From Octopus vulgaris (lineage: Eukaryota): DNA of 64,000 bases. Where the stretch lies: assembly GCA_951406725.2 (NCBI GenBank), contig OX597826.1, positions 31,186,001 through 31,250,000 of the forward strand. Direction: 5' to 3'. Positions within the stretch are counted from its first letter, which is position 1. Every line of letters starts with the position of its first letter. Positions 42,067 to 54,385 of the stretch are shown here, piece after piece. Below the pieces are notes generated by a model that was given only the letters and a program-made list of their open reading frames with translations, did not search any database and was not told where the DNA came from. Both the position numbers and the translations under genes were made by a program.

Positions 42067-42473
42067 GTGCGAGTGCATCCGACGTCATTCCGGTTTCACT
42101 TCAAAGTCCCCACATATCCACATCAAGAGGCATTATAGAGCCACGTCAATCGGCAAGCGAACTGGAGGTAAGGCATTTCGCCCACCTAGCAACCAGACTA
42201 TCTCGTTTTACTTCCTTCGTAAATGATATTCCCCGATAACCGGATGTTTCCGTTACCAGGTGACAGAATGTACTCGTGCATTGGAAATAGGATTTGAGAG
42301 AAAAAATAAATAAATAATAATAATAATAATAATAATAATGATAATAATAATAAAAGCTCTTCAATAATCCGATATTCTCTGTCATGATAAATAGGAAAAT
42401 GGACAGAAACAGTAGCAAGCTGATCTGTTGTTTGGTCTTGACAACACCTCACCACACACCACCCCCTCGTTCT

Positions 42474-42531
<58 letters not shown>

Positions 42532-43089
42532 AGTGAAAGTCCGTTAAAGGTTGCTGTGTTCACATTCTTAGATACTAACCTGAAACCATTGTATGAAGGA
42601 AACCACAGGCAGTGTGTGTGAGAGAGAGAGGGGGGAGAGAGGAAGGAAGGAAGGAAGGAAAGAGAGACAAGTTGAAAAGAGATTTCAAAGGCACCACTAA
42701 GCAGTTTAAAAACAACGAGGTTTTTCCCCTTTTATCAAATAATACTTCATCTTCACACAGACCTCTTCTATAATTTCTCACATAGATTAGATAGATAGAT
42801 GGATGGATGGATGGGTGGATGTGCGTGCAAGTGTGTGAGTGTGTGTGGACTAGTGAACTTAGAGTGTATGTATTCCATCAGGAGTTTCTTCACTGTCAAC
42901 TGAGTCTTACATTTCCGATTATTCTAACAATTATTGAAAAGAAGGAGCGTGACTTTGTATAACGAAACATATTCGAGAGCATGACAAGATGATTCGTTGG
43001 CACGTAGGGATTTGATTGTCGAAAATCTGTTGCAAACGGCATCATATTTTCATATATATAGAGGAATATGTGAAAAAACTGACTTTTTT

Positions 43090-43227
43090 TCAAACCACAT
43101 GGTTCCGGGTTTAGCCTCACTTTCTGACACATTGAACAAGTGTCTTCTATCTACTATAACAACCCCAGGCCTTATGAGCGAATTTGGTAAACAGAAACTA
43201 AAAGAAGTCCATGTATGTGGAGGGGTG

Positions 43228-43274
<47 letters not shown>

Positions 43275-43745
43275 TATATGTATGTATATATATGCTATAT
43301 GTATGTATATATATGCTATATGTATGTATATATATGCTATATGTATGTATATATATGCTATATGTATATATATGCTATATGTATGTATATATATATGCTA
43401 TATGTATGCATATATATGCTATATGTATGCATATATATGCATATATATGCTATATGTATGCATATATATGCTATATGTATGCATATATATGCTATATGTA
43501 TGCATATATATGCTATATGTATGTATATATATGCTATATGTATGTATATATATATATGCTATATGTATGTATATATATATGCTATATGTATGTATGTATA
43601 TATATGCAAATATATATGTATATATATGCATATATGTATGTATGTATATGCAAATATGTATGTATATATATATATATGTATGTATGTATATATGTATGCA
43701 AATATGTATGTATATATATATATATGTATGTATATATGTATGTAT

Positions 43746-43783
<38 letters not shown>

Positions 43784-44300
43784 GTATGTATATATGTATG
43801 TATATATGTATGTATATATATATGCATGCATATATATATGCATGCATATATATGCATATATGTATGTATATATATGTATATATATATGCATATATATGTA
43901 TATATATGCATATATATGTATATATATGTATATATATGCATATATATGTATATATATGCATGCATATATATGTATATATATGCATATATGTATGTATATA
44001 TGTATGTGTATATATATATATATGCATGCATATATATGTATATATATGCATATATGTATGTATATATGTATGTATATATATATATGCATGCATATATATG
44101 CATATATGTATATATATGTATGTATATATGTATGTATATATATATGCATGCATATATATGCATATATGTATTTATATGCATAAATATGTATATATATGTA
44201 TATTCATATATGCATATATATGTATATATATATGCATATATATGTACACACACACTTCGAGCTTCGGCGCAGTTTCTGTCTGCCTAAATAAGAGTAAGAA
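43090..44300 (+). mobile_element. SINE family A head with about 1 kb expanded internal TA/TATG/TGCA repeat
   Basis: AACCACATGGTTCCGGGTT..CAAGTGTCTTCT head at 43090-43215, then repeat to about 44245 and a short tail remnant. Confidence 0.65.
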
Positions 44301-44899
44301 ACAAAAGATAAAAAAATAGAAATAATAAACCCTGAGGCTGCTTAAAGATTTTTGCACTGAACCTGCATGACACTGCACTTCCCCATTCACAATAATATGT
44401 CGTCAGAATATCGCTGAGAAATGAATTGAAGAACTGCAACAGCTGCTGGTGAAATTTGGGTTTGTTGTAAAATTAACAAATGTTGCAGGTTGCATTTGTT
44501 TGACAAAGGATTCGAGCTGTGACTCTGTGTTGGACCTGAAGCCACTATATCGTGAAAATCGTTTTGGGCATTTAAAAACACACAAAAACTGTTTGATACT
44601 CTTTAGATTCAAATCTTGGAGTGTCAAAATTTTTATCGCAAAATTGTAATCCAGTCACCGACACAGTTCAATTGTTGCTGAGAAAGTATGTCTCACAATT
44701 GTGAGAGGAAATTTTTGAAAATTCAACAAAATAGATGACAAGTGAATTTAATAATTTTTGTGAGTTTTAGATGACCAACATGGACATTTTACAACAGAAG
44801 TTGAGTATTAGGAAACGGAGATTAAAACGTGCTGTTGTTTTTTAAAATAAATTTTTCTTTATATAAATATTTCTTGCAGTAAAATCACGTGAGCGGACA

Positions 44900-45165
44900 G
44901 ACTAGCGGATGTTGTTATACATCGCTGGTCACAATGCGCTTGGCATAGTTTTTTAGCTTTCGAGCGATCCTGGCCCGCTTGCCAGGCGAGTAGGCCACGG
45001 AAGGCTAGTTCGTTGCAGGGTGACCCATTTACAGCCGAAAGGACTGAGAAAACGTGAAATGAAGTGTTTTGTTAAAGAACACAACGTGTCTCTCGGTCCG
45101 GGAATCGAACCTGCGATCTAACGGTCGTGGTACAGCACCCTAACAACTAGACAACGTGCCTTCAC
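44900..45165 (-). mobile_element. SINE family D
   Basis: Reverse-complement similarity to 5572-5840 including the tail. Confidence 0.78.
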
Positions 45166-45997
45166 AATTATTGAAATAAATATAAAGTCGCCTTGAGTTG
45201 TTAATTAAAACTTTCGAACAAATAGCCTCATCTTTTACGGTTTTGTTTGTATTTTCTTCCACACACCAATAAACATTCCTTGATATCACATGAATTAATT
45301 AATTTAATCCCAGTGCTTCTGAGATAATCTCAGGACAGAAAGAGGCCAGCAAAGTAAGTTGTAAATAAAGAGACAGAAAGCAACGACAAACCGCAGCTGT
45401 GTCTTTTCCAAGGAAATCAAAAACATTCAAACTTTCAAATGATTCATTTTCTTGTCTTCCGTTACTCTCGTCCTACAAATCGACTCAAAGCACAACCCCA
45501 CTATGGTGCTCCCCTAAGATTCTTCTTTTATCTGACAACACATCAAGACGTAATAACTACTGAATATGAAAATAACAGATTAAAATTATAGTACTCCCCC
45601 CCCCCAGTCCACGCTTCTCAGAGTAGGCAAGACCCCACAACTATATTAAATACATCTTTTATTTTCTTAATTTATTGTAATCTGAATACTTACCACTGAA
45701 TAAACAACATTAGTAAGTAATTCGGGATGGCCTTAGACATGTATCGCCTTAGACATGTATCGCGCAACTCCACCGTAGTATGGACATACATTGATATCAT
45801 GTGAACTAGTCCGTTTGCCTAACGGTTATTTGAGCCTTGTGCGTAATGTGTAAGCTTAGGAGAGCAGAAGAGACTAGCAGAGTAAATTGTGAATAAGATA
45901 GCAAAAAGGTAACAAGAAGCCATTGCTATATCTTCTCCAAATCATAAATCTCCAAACTTTGGTATGAAGGTCCATGAACACCGATGCTTGTAGACAT

Positions 45998-46039
<42 letters not shown>

Positions 46040-47363
46040 AAAACTGGATAAAATGCAAATATTCAATATTTTTTTTAATACTTATAGTTTACCAGAGGCC
46101 CAGTATGGCCGAATGGTTGGCTCATAAAGTGCTGGGACTTGCACTTACATAGTGTGGACTGCTGAGCACATTTTATGAAAATAAGACTACCATGCACACA
46201 TAAAAAAACAAAAACTAGTTAAAATATCTTCTTAGTATATAATGGTGGCAAGTTTTATCATCTGAACAGTCATTAGTTGAACTATTAGTCCTCTTGCATT
46301 CTGGGGGGGGGGGTATCTGAGCGTTTGAATGACATTAGACTCCCCCCCCCCCAACAAACGCCCATAAATTAAATGCATCTATCTGGGCCACGATCGTGGC
46401 CTGTCGACCTGTGCCTGACGGTCACTATCGTGGCCCGTCGCGCTTTATGTGTTAAGAAGTTCGCTTCGAAAAATCGTGGGTTCGATTTCCTTGCGTGGCA
46501 TCTTGAGAAAATGTCGTTTTCTATTCTGATTGCCTCGTATTTTGTAAGTGGAATTGGAAACATAAAAATTGCCGGGTAGATTGTACCAGGAATTCAAAAA
46601 GGAGCTATTTTGTCTGTGGAATGTTCAACCACTTGGATGTTAATTCAAGAACAGGTAATTCAGTAGATCAGATTAATGGCGGAATACTTAGCAGTTTGAA
46701 TCGATAAAATAATATCCGTCATTTACTGTTGTCTATTTAATTGACTCCTTGTCAACTTTGAGGAGTTTTATGATATAGTAACGTTCATTATAACCCATCA
46801 TACACACACACATACCTCCCTTACATCCAACAGAAGGCATTTGATACAACTCTGGAAAGTTAGTTTTTTTTTTTCTCTCTCCGTATATACAACAATTCTC
46901 CTTTTGCTCTGTTCAATTATTGTTGCTGTTGTAGCTTTTGTTGTGTTTAATGTCAGACAGGTCAGACTTGATCGAGCAGATCTTTGATCAAGGCATTCCA
47001 ACCATCATCATTCAATCTTATTTTTAGGTATATTGCTTTTAAAGATCATATTATTCAACATGTCTTTCTTTTTCTTAAATTGCTAAATTATGATTAAAGT
47101 GAGGTTTTTTCCAATATTTCTAGAAAGCCAAACGTCACATAGTGGCTCACCGTTCATTTAATCAGTTATTTTCCCTGTTGTAGTAGGATGAAATATCTCG
47201 AGGGGTCACCCATGTCTACCAAGTTTCAAACATCAGTTCTCTTTAACATTTTTCTCGCCCTTTCACTATGAGGAGATATAGAAATACCATTCATTATAAT
47301 TGGGTTTCCTATTTCAGTTTCAGTATGTTTTTTTTCTTATTCTTTGTGTTTTCTCTGTTACAG

Positions 47364-47540
47364 TGATCACTGTAGACGGTAACTGGAACAAGTGGTCTTC
47401 ATGGGCTACATGTACCACCACATGTGGTCGTGGGAAACAGAATCGGTTTCGGCTCTGTAATCAACCTCCTCCATCAAAAGGAGGGCGTTTCTGTGTTGGA
47501 GAACCTGTAGAATGGAAAGATTGCTTCGTAAATTGCACCA
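47364..47540 (+). CDS. THSD1: THSD1-like protein, thrombospondin type-1 (TSP1) exon
   Basis: VDGNWNKWSSWATCTTTCGRGKQNRFRLC..PPP..GG..C.G...EWKDC is a canonical TSP1 repeat. Pyrimidine tract plus cAG acceptor, A|GTAAGT donor, 177 nt, phase 1-1, in frame with neighbouring exons. Confidence 0.93.
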
Positions 47541-47675
47541 GTAAGTTGTTGTTGTTGTTGTTGCTGTTGTTCGTGTGTTTTTTGCTTTCTTTGTTGTTGT
47601 TTGACCTGATCGAGGAGTCTTGCGATCAAAGATATTCCAACTGTGTCCATTTCGTTTTAATGGGGTTTCCGGGCT

Positions 47676-47795
47676 TCCCAACCACAATGGTTCCTGGTTC
47701 AGTTCCACTGCATAGCACCTTAGACGAGACTTATAAGCCACAAGCCAACCAACGCTTTATGAGCAGATTTAGTAGACGGAAACCGAACGAGCTTG

Positions 47796-47833
<38 letters not shown>

Positions 47834-48050
47834 ACCACCGCTTGACAGTCGGTGTAGGTATGTTTGGGGCCCGCGTTGGTATGTTTGCGGTCTGCGCAAC
47901 TCAGCGGTTCAGCAAAAGAAACTGATAGAATAAGTACCAGGATTTTTTAAAATCCTGAGGTTGATTCATTCAGCTAAAATTTCTTGAGGCGGTGCCCCAG
48001 CATGGCCGCAGTCTAATGACTGAAGTAAGAAATTAAAGAATGAAAAGATA
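47676..48050 (+). mobile_element. SINE family A
   Basis: Same family, about 135 bp downstream of the TSP1 exon. Confidence 0.8.
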
Positions 48051-49039
48051 TACTGTACTTAGGATTACTTTATCCAATGCATTTGTAGTTGTTGTTTAGC
48101 CCTAGGCCAGTTTCAGGAGGCTGATGATTAAAATTATTGCATCTGTAATCATCCAGTCTTTTTTTTCGTTTGTTTGTTTCTTTTTTTTTTGTTTTCTTCT
48201 TTTGCAGTTATATCCCAGACTGCGGTGTGTCTTTTGTTTTTATAAAATGTTATGTTTTGATTTAGTAGGACATTTAGCCGCTATTTCTAGCAGATCGAAC
48301 CGCAATCATTTAGCGTCTCTCGCATAATTGTTAGAACTCAATCACACACGCGCGCGCAGACACTCACACGTTTTGTGTATTAATTCCAAAAAGAAAAAAA
48401 GTAAAAGCTAAAATGAAGATGGAGCAGGACCCGGTTGCCGAAGCCTTCAGTTCTTTAGTCTCGCTTATGCCAAGGCTTCATAAGTGGGGAAGTGAGGAGG
48501 GGCTATGAAGATTGAAAGTGGCGGAAAGGGACGGAGAAATTGCTGTGTTTAATAAAATTTAAGATGGTTTAAAACTTTTTTTTACCTTGTCCAACAGACA
48601 CCATGATGAAGAAAGAAATTCAATGGATGCAAAATTGTTTTTGCTTTGTTTTCGTTTGTTTTTTTTCTCTTTTTTTTTTTGCTTTTGTTTATGTTGTTTC
48701 ATTAATAAAGATGGTATAAAAAGTTCTTTTGAATTATTTTGCTTCAGTGGTGAAAGAGAGTCAGGTATGTTCTTTGCTTAAGGCCTTCTAGCTTATGTTA
48801 CATCTCAACTACAATGTGAAGAATATATTGCGGATGAGAGGTATCAATTGTTTTGTCCGAGACAGACTGACAGTTACAATGGTTATTAAGCGAATTAAGT
48901 GAAATTCTTTCCAAAGTTCATAGAAACCGCATCACAAAATTTGAATGTTTTTTTTTCTTTTTCCAGAAATAGTTTAACATTTCATTCTTGATGTACTTTT
49001 CTTTTTGCTTCTTTCATTTCATCATTTATCTATCTAAGG

Positions 49040-49440
49040 CACTGGGCTGTCAGAATCGTTGGCGCATCAGACAAAATGCTTTGCAGCATTTCTTTCGACC
49101 CTTTACGTGCTGAGCTCGAATCCCATCGAAATCAACTTTGCCTTTCATCTTTTTCGGGTCAATAAAATAAAGTACCAACCAAATACTAAGGTCGACGAAA
49201 TGGACTATCCACCCACTGCCTAAAATTTCTGACCTTGTGCCAAAATTTGATACAGTAAAGCAGCAAGCTAGCAGAATTAACAGACTCTCCGAACAAAATA
49301 TTTAGCAGCTCTTACTCCGATTCTTTACGTTTTGAGTCCAAATTCCACCGAGGTCGACTTTGCCCTCCATTCTTTCGGGGTCAAATACAGATGCAATTGA
49401 CTTACCCAAATTTGCTGACCTTGCGCCAAAATGAGAAAGA
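49040..49440 (+). mobile_element. Two diverged SINE family B monomers directly upstream of the CUB exon
   Basis: GAGGTCGACTTTGCC..CTTTCGGGGTC motifs; the tail runs into the splice acceptor. Confidence 0.78.
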
Positions 49441-49478
49441 TTTATTTATTTATTTATTTATTGTTTATTTATTTGCAG

Positions 49479-49907
49479 GAACGACTCCGAAGACTCCATT
49501 GAAGCCAGTGAAAACAAACGGTTCGTGTGTTTGTGGTTGTGTTTTGTCGAATCAGACAGGTTTCATTACAGCAACGGAAGAATGTTCAGGCCTCAGTGTA
49601 TGGTTTATCAAAGTCGCCCGCCACCATCGGATTACGCTTCTGTTCCAATACGCCAACCTAAGATCATCGACTCAGTGGATTAAAGTACGAGACGGTTTGG
49701 CAACGAATGCCAAACTTATAGCATTCAGTGAGGTTGAAGGAATTCCCGACTCGGTGACCTCTTCGTCGAATGACATGCGCGTTGAATTCAAAACATCATC
49801 ATCACGCGATTCATCATCTTCTCGAGAGATACAGCAACAACTGACCGACGATGGCAGAATTGGGCAGTCTTACCTCTACGGTTTTGTGGCTAACTACACA
49901 ATATCAG
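49479..49907 (+). CDS. THSD1: THSD1-like protein, CUB-domain exon
   Basis: CGCVLSNQTGFI..C..SVWFIKV...ITLLF...WIKVRDG...VTSSSNDMRVEF...GFVANY matches the CUB pattern. tgcAG acceptor, G|GTATGT donor, 429 nt, phase 1-1. Confidence 0.9.
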
Positions 49908-49996
49908 GTATGTCTAGAAATAGTTTGTTTTGTTTTTAGTGTAGCGTTGACGGAGAACCAGACAATAACAAAGCCCTCCTCCTCCATTTTCCCCCT

Positions 49997-50036
<40 letters not shown>

Positions 50037-50499
50037 CCTTCGAAACACGGAGTAGACGAAACAGAGGCGGCTGAAGAAGGGGAATTTTCCTTGTGTTGTA
50101 TGTCTTGTACTCTGTTTTTTTTCTTTGTTTAAAAAAATGTCCGTTTCCTTGGTTTTGTTTTTGTGTTTTCGTTTCTCATTGTGTTCGACGTTTTTTTGTT
50201 TTTTTTGGTGTCCTATACCCATATATGCATGTATATATACATATAGATGTAGGTACGTACATATATGTATGTATATATGCATATGTTTTATTTATTATTT
50301 TGTTATTATATGATGGAACGCCACGCATCCTCTTCCAAGTAAGTTATATATATCTCAAAGTTCTTCCATTTTAGCTGGTTTTCAGTCGTAGCCAAGATTT
50401 GCTCGTTTCTAGTATTACAACTGGAAACCGTGCCACCGCCTCTCTTTGTCCAGGAAACCCAGCAGTTAAAGGAAGTACATTTTCCTCTTTGACTAAAAC

Positions 50500-50665
50500 C
50501 TTTCTACTCTAGGCACAAGACCTGAAATTTGGGTGAGGGAGATAATTGATTACATCGACCCCAGCGTTTTACTGAAAGGCAAAGTCGACCTCGGCAGAAT
50601 TTGAACTCGCAACGCTAAGCATTTCGTCCAGCGTGCCAACGATTCTACCAGCTCGCCGCCTTCTT
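50500..50665 (-). mobile_element. SINE family B monomer
   Basis: Same family motifs, internally deleted. Confidence 0.8.
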
Positions 50666-50794
50666 TAACTAAAACCTTATCAACTTCAACTTCTACTCGA
50701 AGAGGAAAATGAGGGTGGAACGGAAGAAGCTGCGCTTCGGTTAATCCAGTAAAAGGTAGTTGAGGATGGCGAGTAAGGCCCAAGTGAAATGGGG

Positions 50795-51540
50795 TCACGA
50801 TTTAGCATGCAGACCTATTTATTAACAGTCGGATGAGGAGGGGCACATTACTTTGACAGTTAGATTAATCCAAGACCGGAGGAGGCGGCTTCACATTCCA
50901 CTACTGTTCTGCGGTCGGACAGGGTGGTGCTGCTGCCTACGTGAGGGGTCGGGCGCGGTGTTCGAGTTCGAGTGGGGAGAGTGCAACCTAAAGTGGAGAC
51001 TGAGTGGTTGATAGCAACTGTTCTGGCTGCCACTGGGGACGGTCTAGATTTGGGGCCAGTAGGAGGAACAAGCATGTTGGACTGGTGGGGATGCGGTGTA
51101 GAGATGTGGATTTTTTCACTTTGATGACATTGAAGGAGTCTCCTGCCAGATGGAGATTGCGGAGGAGGGTTTGCTTTAAGTTCTTGATGGTCTGCAAAAG
51201 GAGTATCGATGCGGAGGGAGGAGTATCATGGTGGAAGGGGCATGTGAGGGTGGGGCTGCCCGGAGAGAGGTTTAATGAGGATGACAGGGGTGTTCTGGTG
51301 AGTGAGGACGGATATGAGGTGTTCATAGATGCATGCGGCGGATTGGTGGGTGTGATTGACGGGCTGTGGTTGTGTGACACACCGCCGCCCGTAGTGGAAT
51401 ATGAAGAATTAAGAAGAATGGAGATACAATTATGAGCAATATAGAAAGAAAAAAAACGATTTAAATAAAAGAGAGAGGAAAAACTGTCCAAAATCATGCG
51501 TAAATGTAACCACTCGACTTCAGGGTTCGAGTGGGCATTG
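50795..51540 (-). mobile_element. Degenerate retroelement 5' region (possibly Penelope-like)
   Basis: GC-richer intronic block with broken P/S/T-rich ORFs on the minus strand and no splice-compatible exon. Family assignment is weak. Confidence 0.35.
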
Positions 51541-51849
51541 CGCCTCATCATTATTCATAATTTCATTCGTCTATTTTTATTTTTATTCTTTGCTCGATTT
51601 CCTTTTTCATATTTGTAATTTCCCCGTTTTTATGTTTTGTATTGTCTTTTGTGCTGTATAAACCTCTATATTAAGCCCCTTGGGGGTAATAAAAAAAACA
51701 CGAGGACGTTTGTGTTGCCTTGACAGAGGTTTGCGCTTTCTCAGTGCTCTTGTTTTTACGTTCTTTCTCGTTTCGTAATCTGTCCTTGCAATGTCCCTTT
51801 ATCCGTTTACCCTTATAGTAATTTATAATCATCACTGTTATTGTTGTTG

Positions 51850-52100
51850 TTTCAAATTTTGCTACAAGGCCAGCAATTTTTTTAGGGGAGAGTTTAGTCC
51901 ATGACATCGACCCCAATGCTCAGCTGGAACTTTATTTTATCAACCCCGAAAGAATGAAAAGGAAAGTTGACCACGGAAGGATTTGAACTCACAAGAATCA
52001 ATTTTCCCTTTCTTCCTTTCGAGATCAATACTGGGCTCGATATAATCGACTTTCCCCTCCCCTCAAAAACAACTGGCTCTGTGCCAAAATTTGAAACCAT
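51850..52100. mobile_element. Two head-to-head SINE family B fragments
   Basis: Minus fragment 51850-51990 and plus fragment 52000-52100 followed by (ATT)n. Confidence 0.65.
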
Positions 52101-52474
52101 TATTATTATTATTGATTATTAATTATTTTAAATTATTATTATTATTGATTATTATCATTATTATTATTATTATTGGTTATTGATTATTAATTATTATTGA
52201 TTATTGGTTATTAATCATTATTGATTATTATTGATTACCAATTATTATCAATTGTTATTGAATATCAATTATTATCAATTATTGATTGTTAATTATTATC
52301 AATTATCAACTATTAATTATTATTGATTATTGGTTATTAATTATTATGAATTATTGGTTATTAATTATTATTAATTATTGATTATTAATTATTATTAATT
52401 ATTGATTATTAATGATTATTAATTATTCGATATTAATTATTATTCATTATTCATTATTAATTATTATTATTATT
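52099..52474. repeat. Degenerate (ATT)n tract abutting the last exon's acceptor
   Basis: Seen directly. Confidence 0.92.
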
Positions 52475-52478
52475 GCAG

Positions 52479-53812
52479 TTATCAATGCATCTGCTGCCGC
52501 CGCCCTTGTTCCACGATCATTGATGGTAAAAGAACCTGAATGGGAGAATACTATTGTTGCTGTTGGCATCATCATCTGCGTTATGACCCTGGTTGCAAGT
52601 GTTGGCTGTGGCATCTACCATCGCTTCTACGGCCAACAATGGCATAAATACACCGTCGCTTCACAAGGCGACAACAGCCCGTATCACGTCAAAAGCAGTG
52701 CTCCCAGTAGCCCGACCAGTGCTGCCGGAAACGCTACCATTGAACATGATATGGAAGCCCCGCTCACAAAATCAGTAAGTACCAAGCGCAAAAAGCAAGA
52801 CAGCGGCACACCAGTGCTTGCTTCGCCTCACACGTCAGTGTCCAGCGCTTCAAGCCTTTTGGGGCACTCGCGGAAAATAGAAACCAAAGCCGAAGTACTG
52901 TCACCGGCTAATCTATCTAGCCCCTACACAACACATCCAATAGACCACGGTCCCAATAGCCTTAATTCGAGCCCGTCAGCAAAAAATCGCTCACCTAAAG
53001 TCCATCCAGTGGATTACAAGAAGAAAAGAAAAGGTTCTTCTACCGATAAAGGCTCGAATCTCGATTTAGGCGAACGCATCGTACTCGGTTCGTCAGGGAC
53101 GCCATCTTCTTCACAGGCTAACAGCAACATGCCACTAGTAAAATCACCCGCTAGTATCACCGATACCTCATCAACTAAATCAACTAAAAGTGATATGGAT
53201 AAAGTACAAAAAAGAGATAAATCAAAACACTTCCGGCTTCCTACGCCGAAAGGAAGTAATAGAAATTCTGATGGCATTCCGTTAATGACTTTACAGGAGA
53301 AGTCAGATTATGATCTCAAGACTTTATCTCGAAGTAGCAGTCGGGAAGATTCCATGCACTCGGGTAAAAATACCACAACGGCATTTGTCGGTGGTGACAG
53401 TAAGCCGAAACGGCCAACTAGCCTCGTGAAAGAGGACCATAACTTACCTTTCAAAAAAGCCTCGCCAATGGCGGCTAAAAAGAAACCTCCATTGGATTAT
53501 AGTCCAAGACTGCTTGATTCGCAACGTATTTCAAAACCAGACGGACAAAGTCCAGAACTTTTAAGAGGGGATAAAACCCCGAGAAGCATGACTCCTCTGA
53601 GTGTTAGAAGCTTAAAAACTCTTTCTCCGACTCGTAGTATCCTAACTTCATCGGATGCGACATCAGAGGGCTGTGAACTGGAATATGATGACTTTATAAT
53701 GGATGATCCTTTCTCCTACTTTGATACAGAAGACACTCTCAAGCTTCGATGGCAGGGTACAGAAAAGATAGGAACGTTAAAACCATCTGATTCTACCCTG
53801 ACGTTTGATTAA
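52479..53812 (+). CDS. THSD1: THSD1-like protein, terminal exon: TM helix and long low-complexity cytoplasmic tail
   Basis: tgcAG acceptor at 52477-52478, phase 1, open to TAA at 53810-53812. Hydrophobic TIVAVGIIICVMTLVASVGCGIY followed by about 395 aa rich in S/T/P/K. Confidence 0.9.
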
Positions 53813-54002
53813 ATTTATTGTCCCACAGTCCAAGTATGTCTCGTTGTTATTGATATTTATTTCATTGAAAACAATGTTATTGGTTTCATTTATTGGTGTA
53901 CGGCCACGCTGGAACAGCACCAATCTGTGTAACTTACAAAAGCTTTCACCACAAAAACACATGACATCTTTTTTCACTATATTTATTGTTGTTATTATTA
54001 TT

Positions 54003-54385
54003 AAGGCAGCGAGTTGGCAGAATCGTTTGCACGCTGGACGAAATACCTAGCGGTATTTCGTCTGCCGCTACGTTCTGAGTTCAAATTCCGCCGAGGTCGA
54101 CTTTGTCTTTCATCCTTTCGGGGTCGATTAAATAAGTACCAGTTACGCACTGGGGTCGATGTAATCGACTTAATCCGTGTGTCTGTCCTTGTTTGTCCCC
54201 TCTGTGTTTAACCCCTTGTGGGTAGTAAAGAAATAGGTATTTCGTCTGCCGCTACGTTCTGAGTTCAAATTCCCCCAAGGTCGACTTTACCTTTCATCCT
54301 TTCGGGGTCGATAAATTAAGTACCAGTTGAGTAATCGACTATCCCCTCCCCCAAATTTCAGGCCTTGCGCCTATAATAGAAAGGT
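54003..54385 (+). mobile_element. tRNA-derived SINE, family B (internally duplicated form), in probable 3' UTR
   Basis: AAGGCAGCGAGTTGGCAGAATCG head, GAGTTCAAATTCC B box, CTTTCATCCTTTCGGGGTCGAT..AAGTACCAG central domain present twice, (ATT)n tail. Confidence 0.88.

Noticed and set aside
44330-44870. Complex block with short ORFs, possible exon or transposase relic
   Set aside because: No recognisable motif or consistent splice borders.
53014-53277. Minus-strand 87-aa ORF
   Set aside because: Antisense shadow of the terminal exon.
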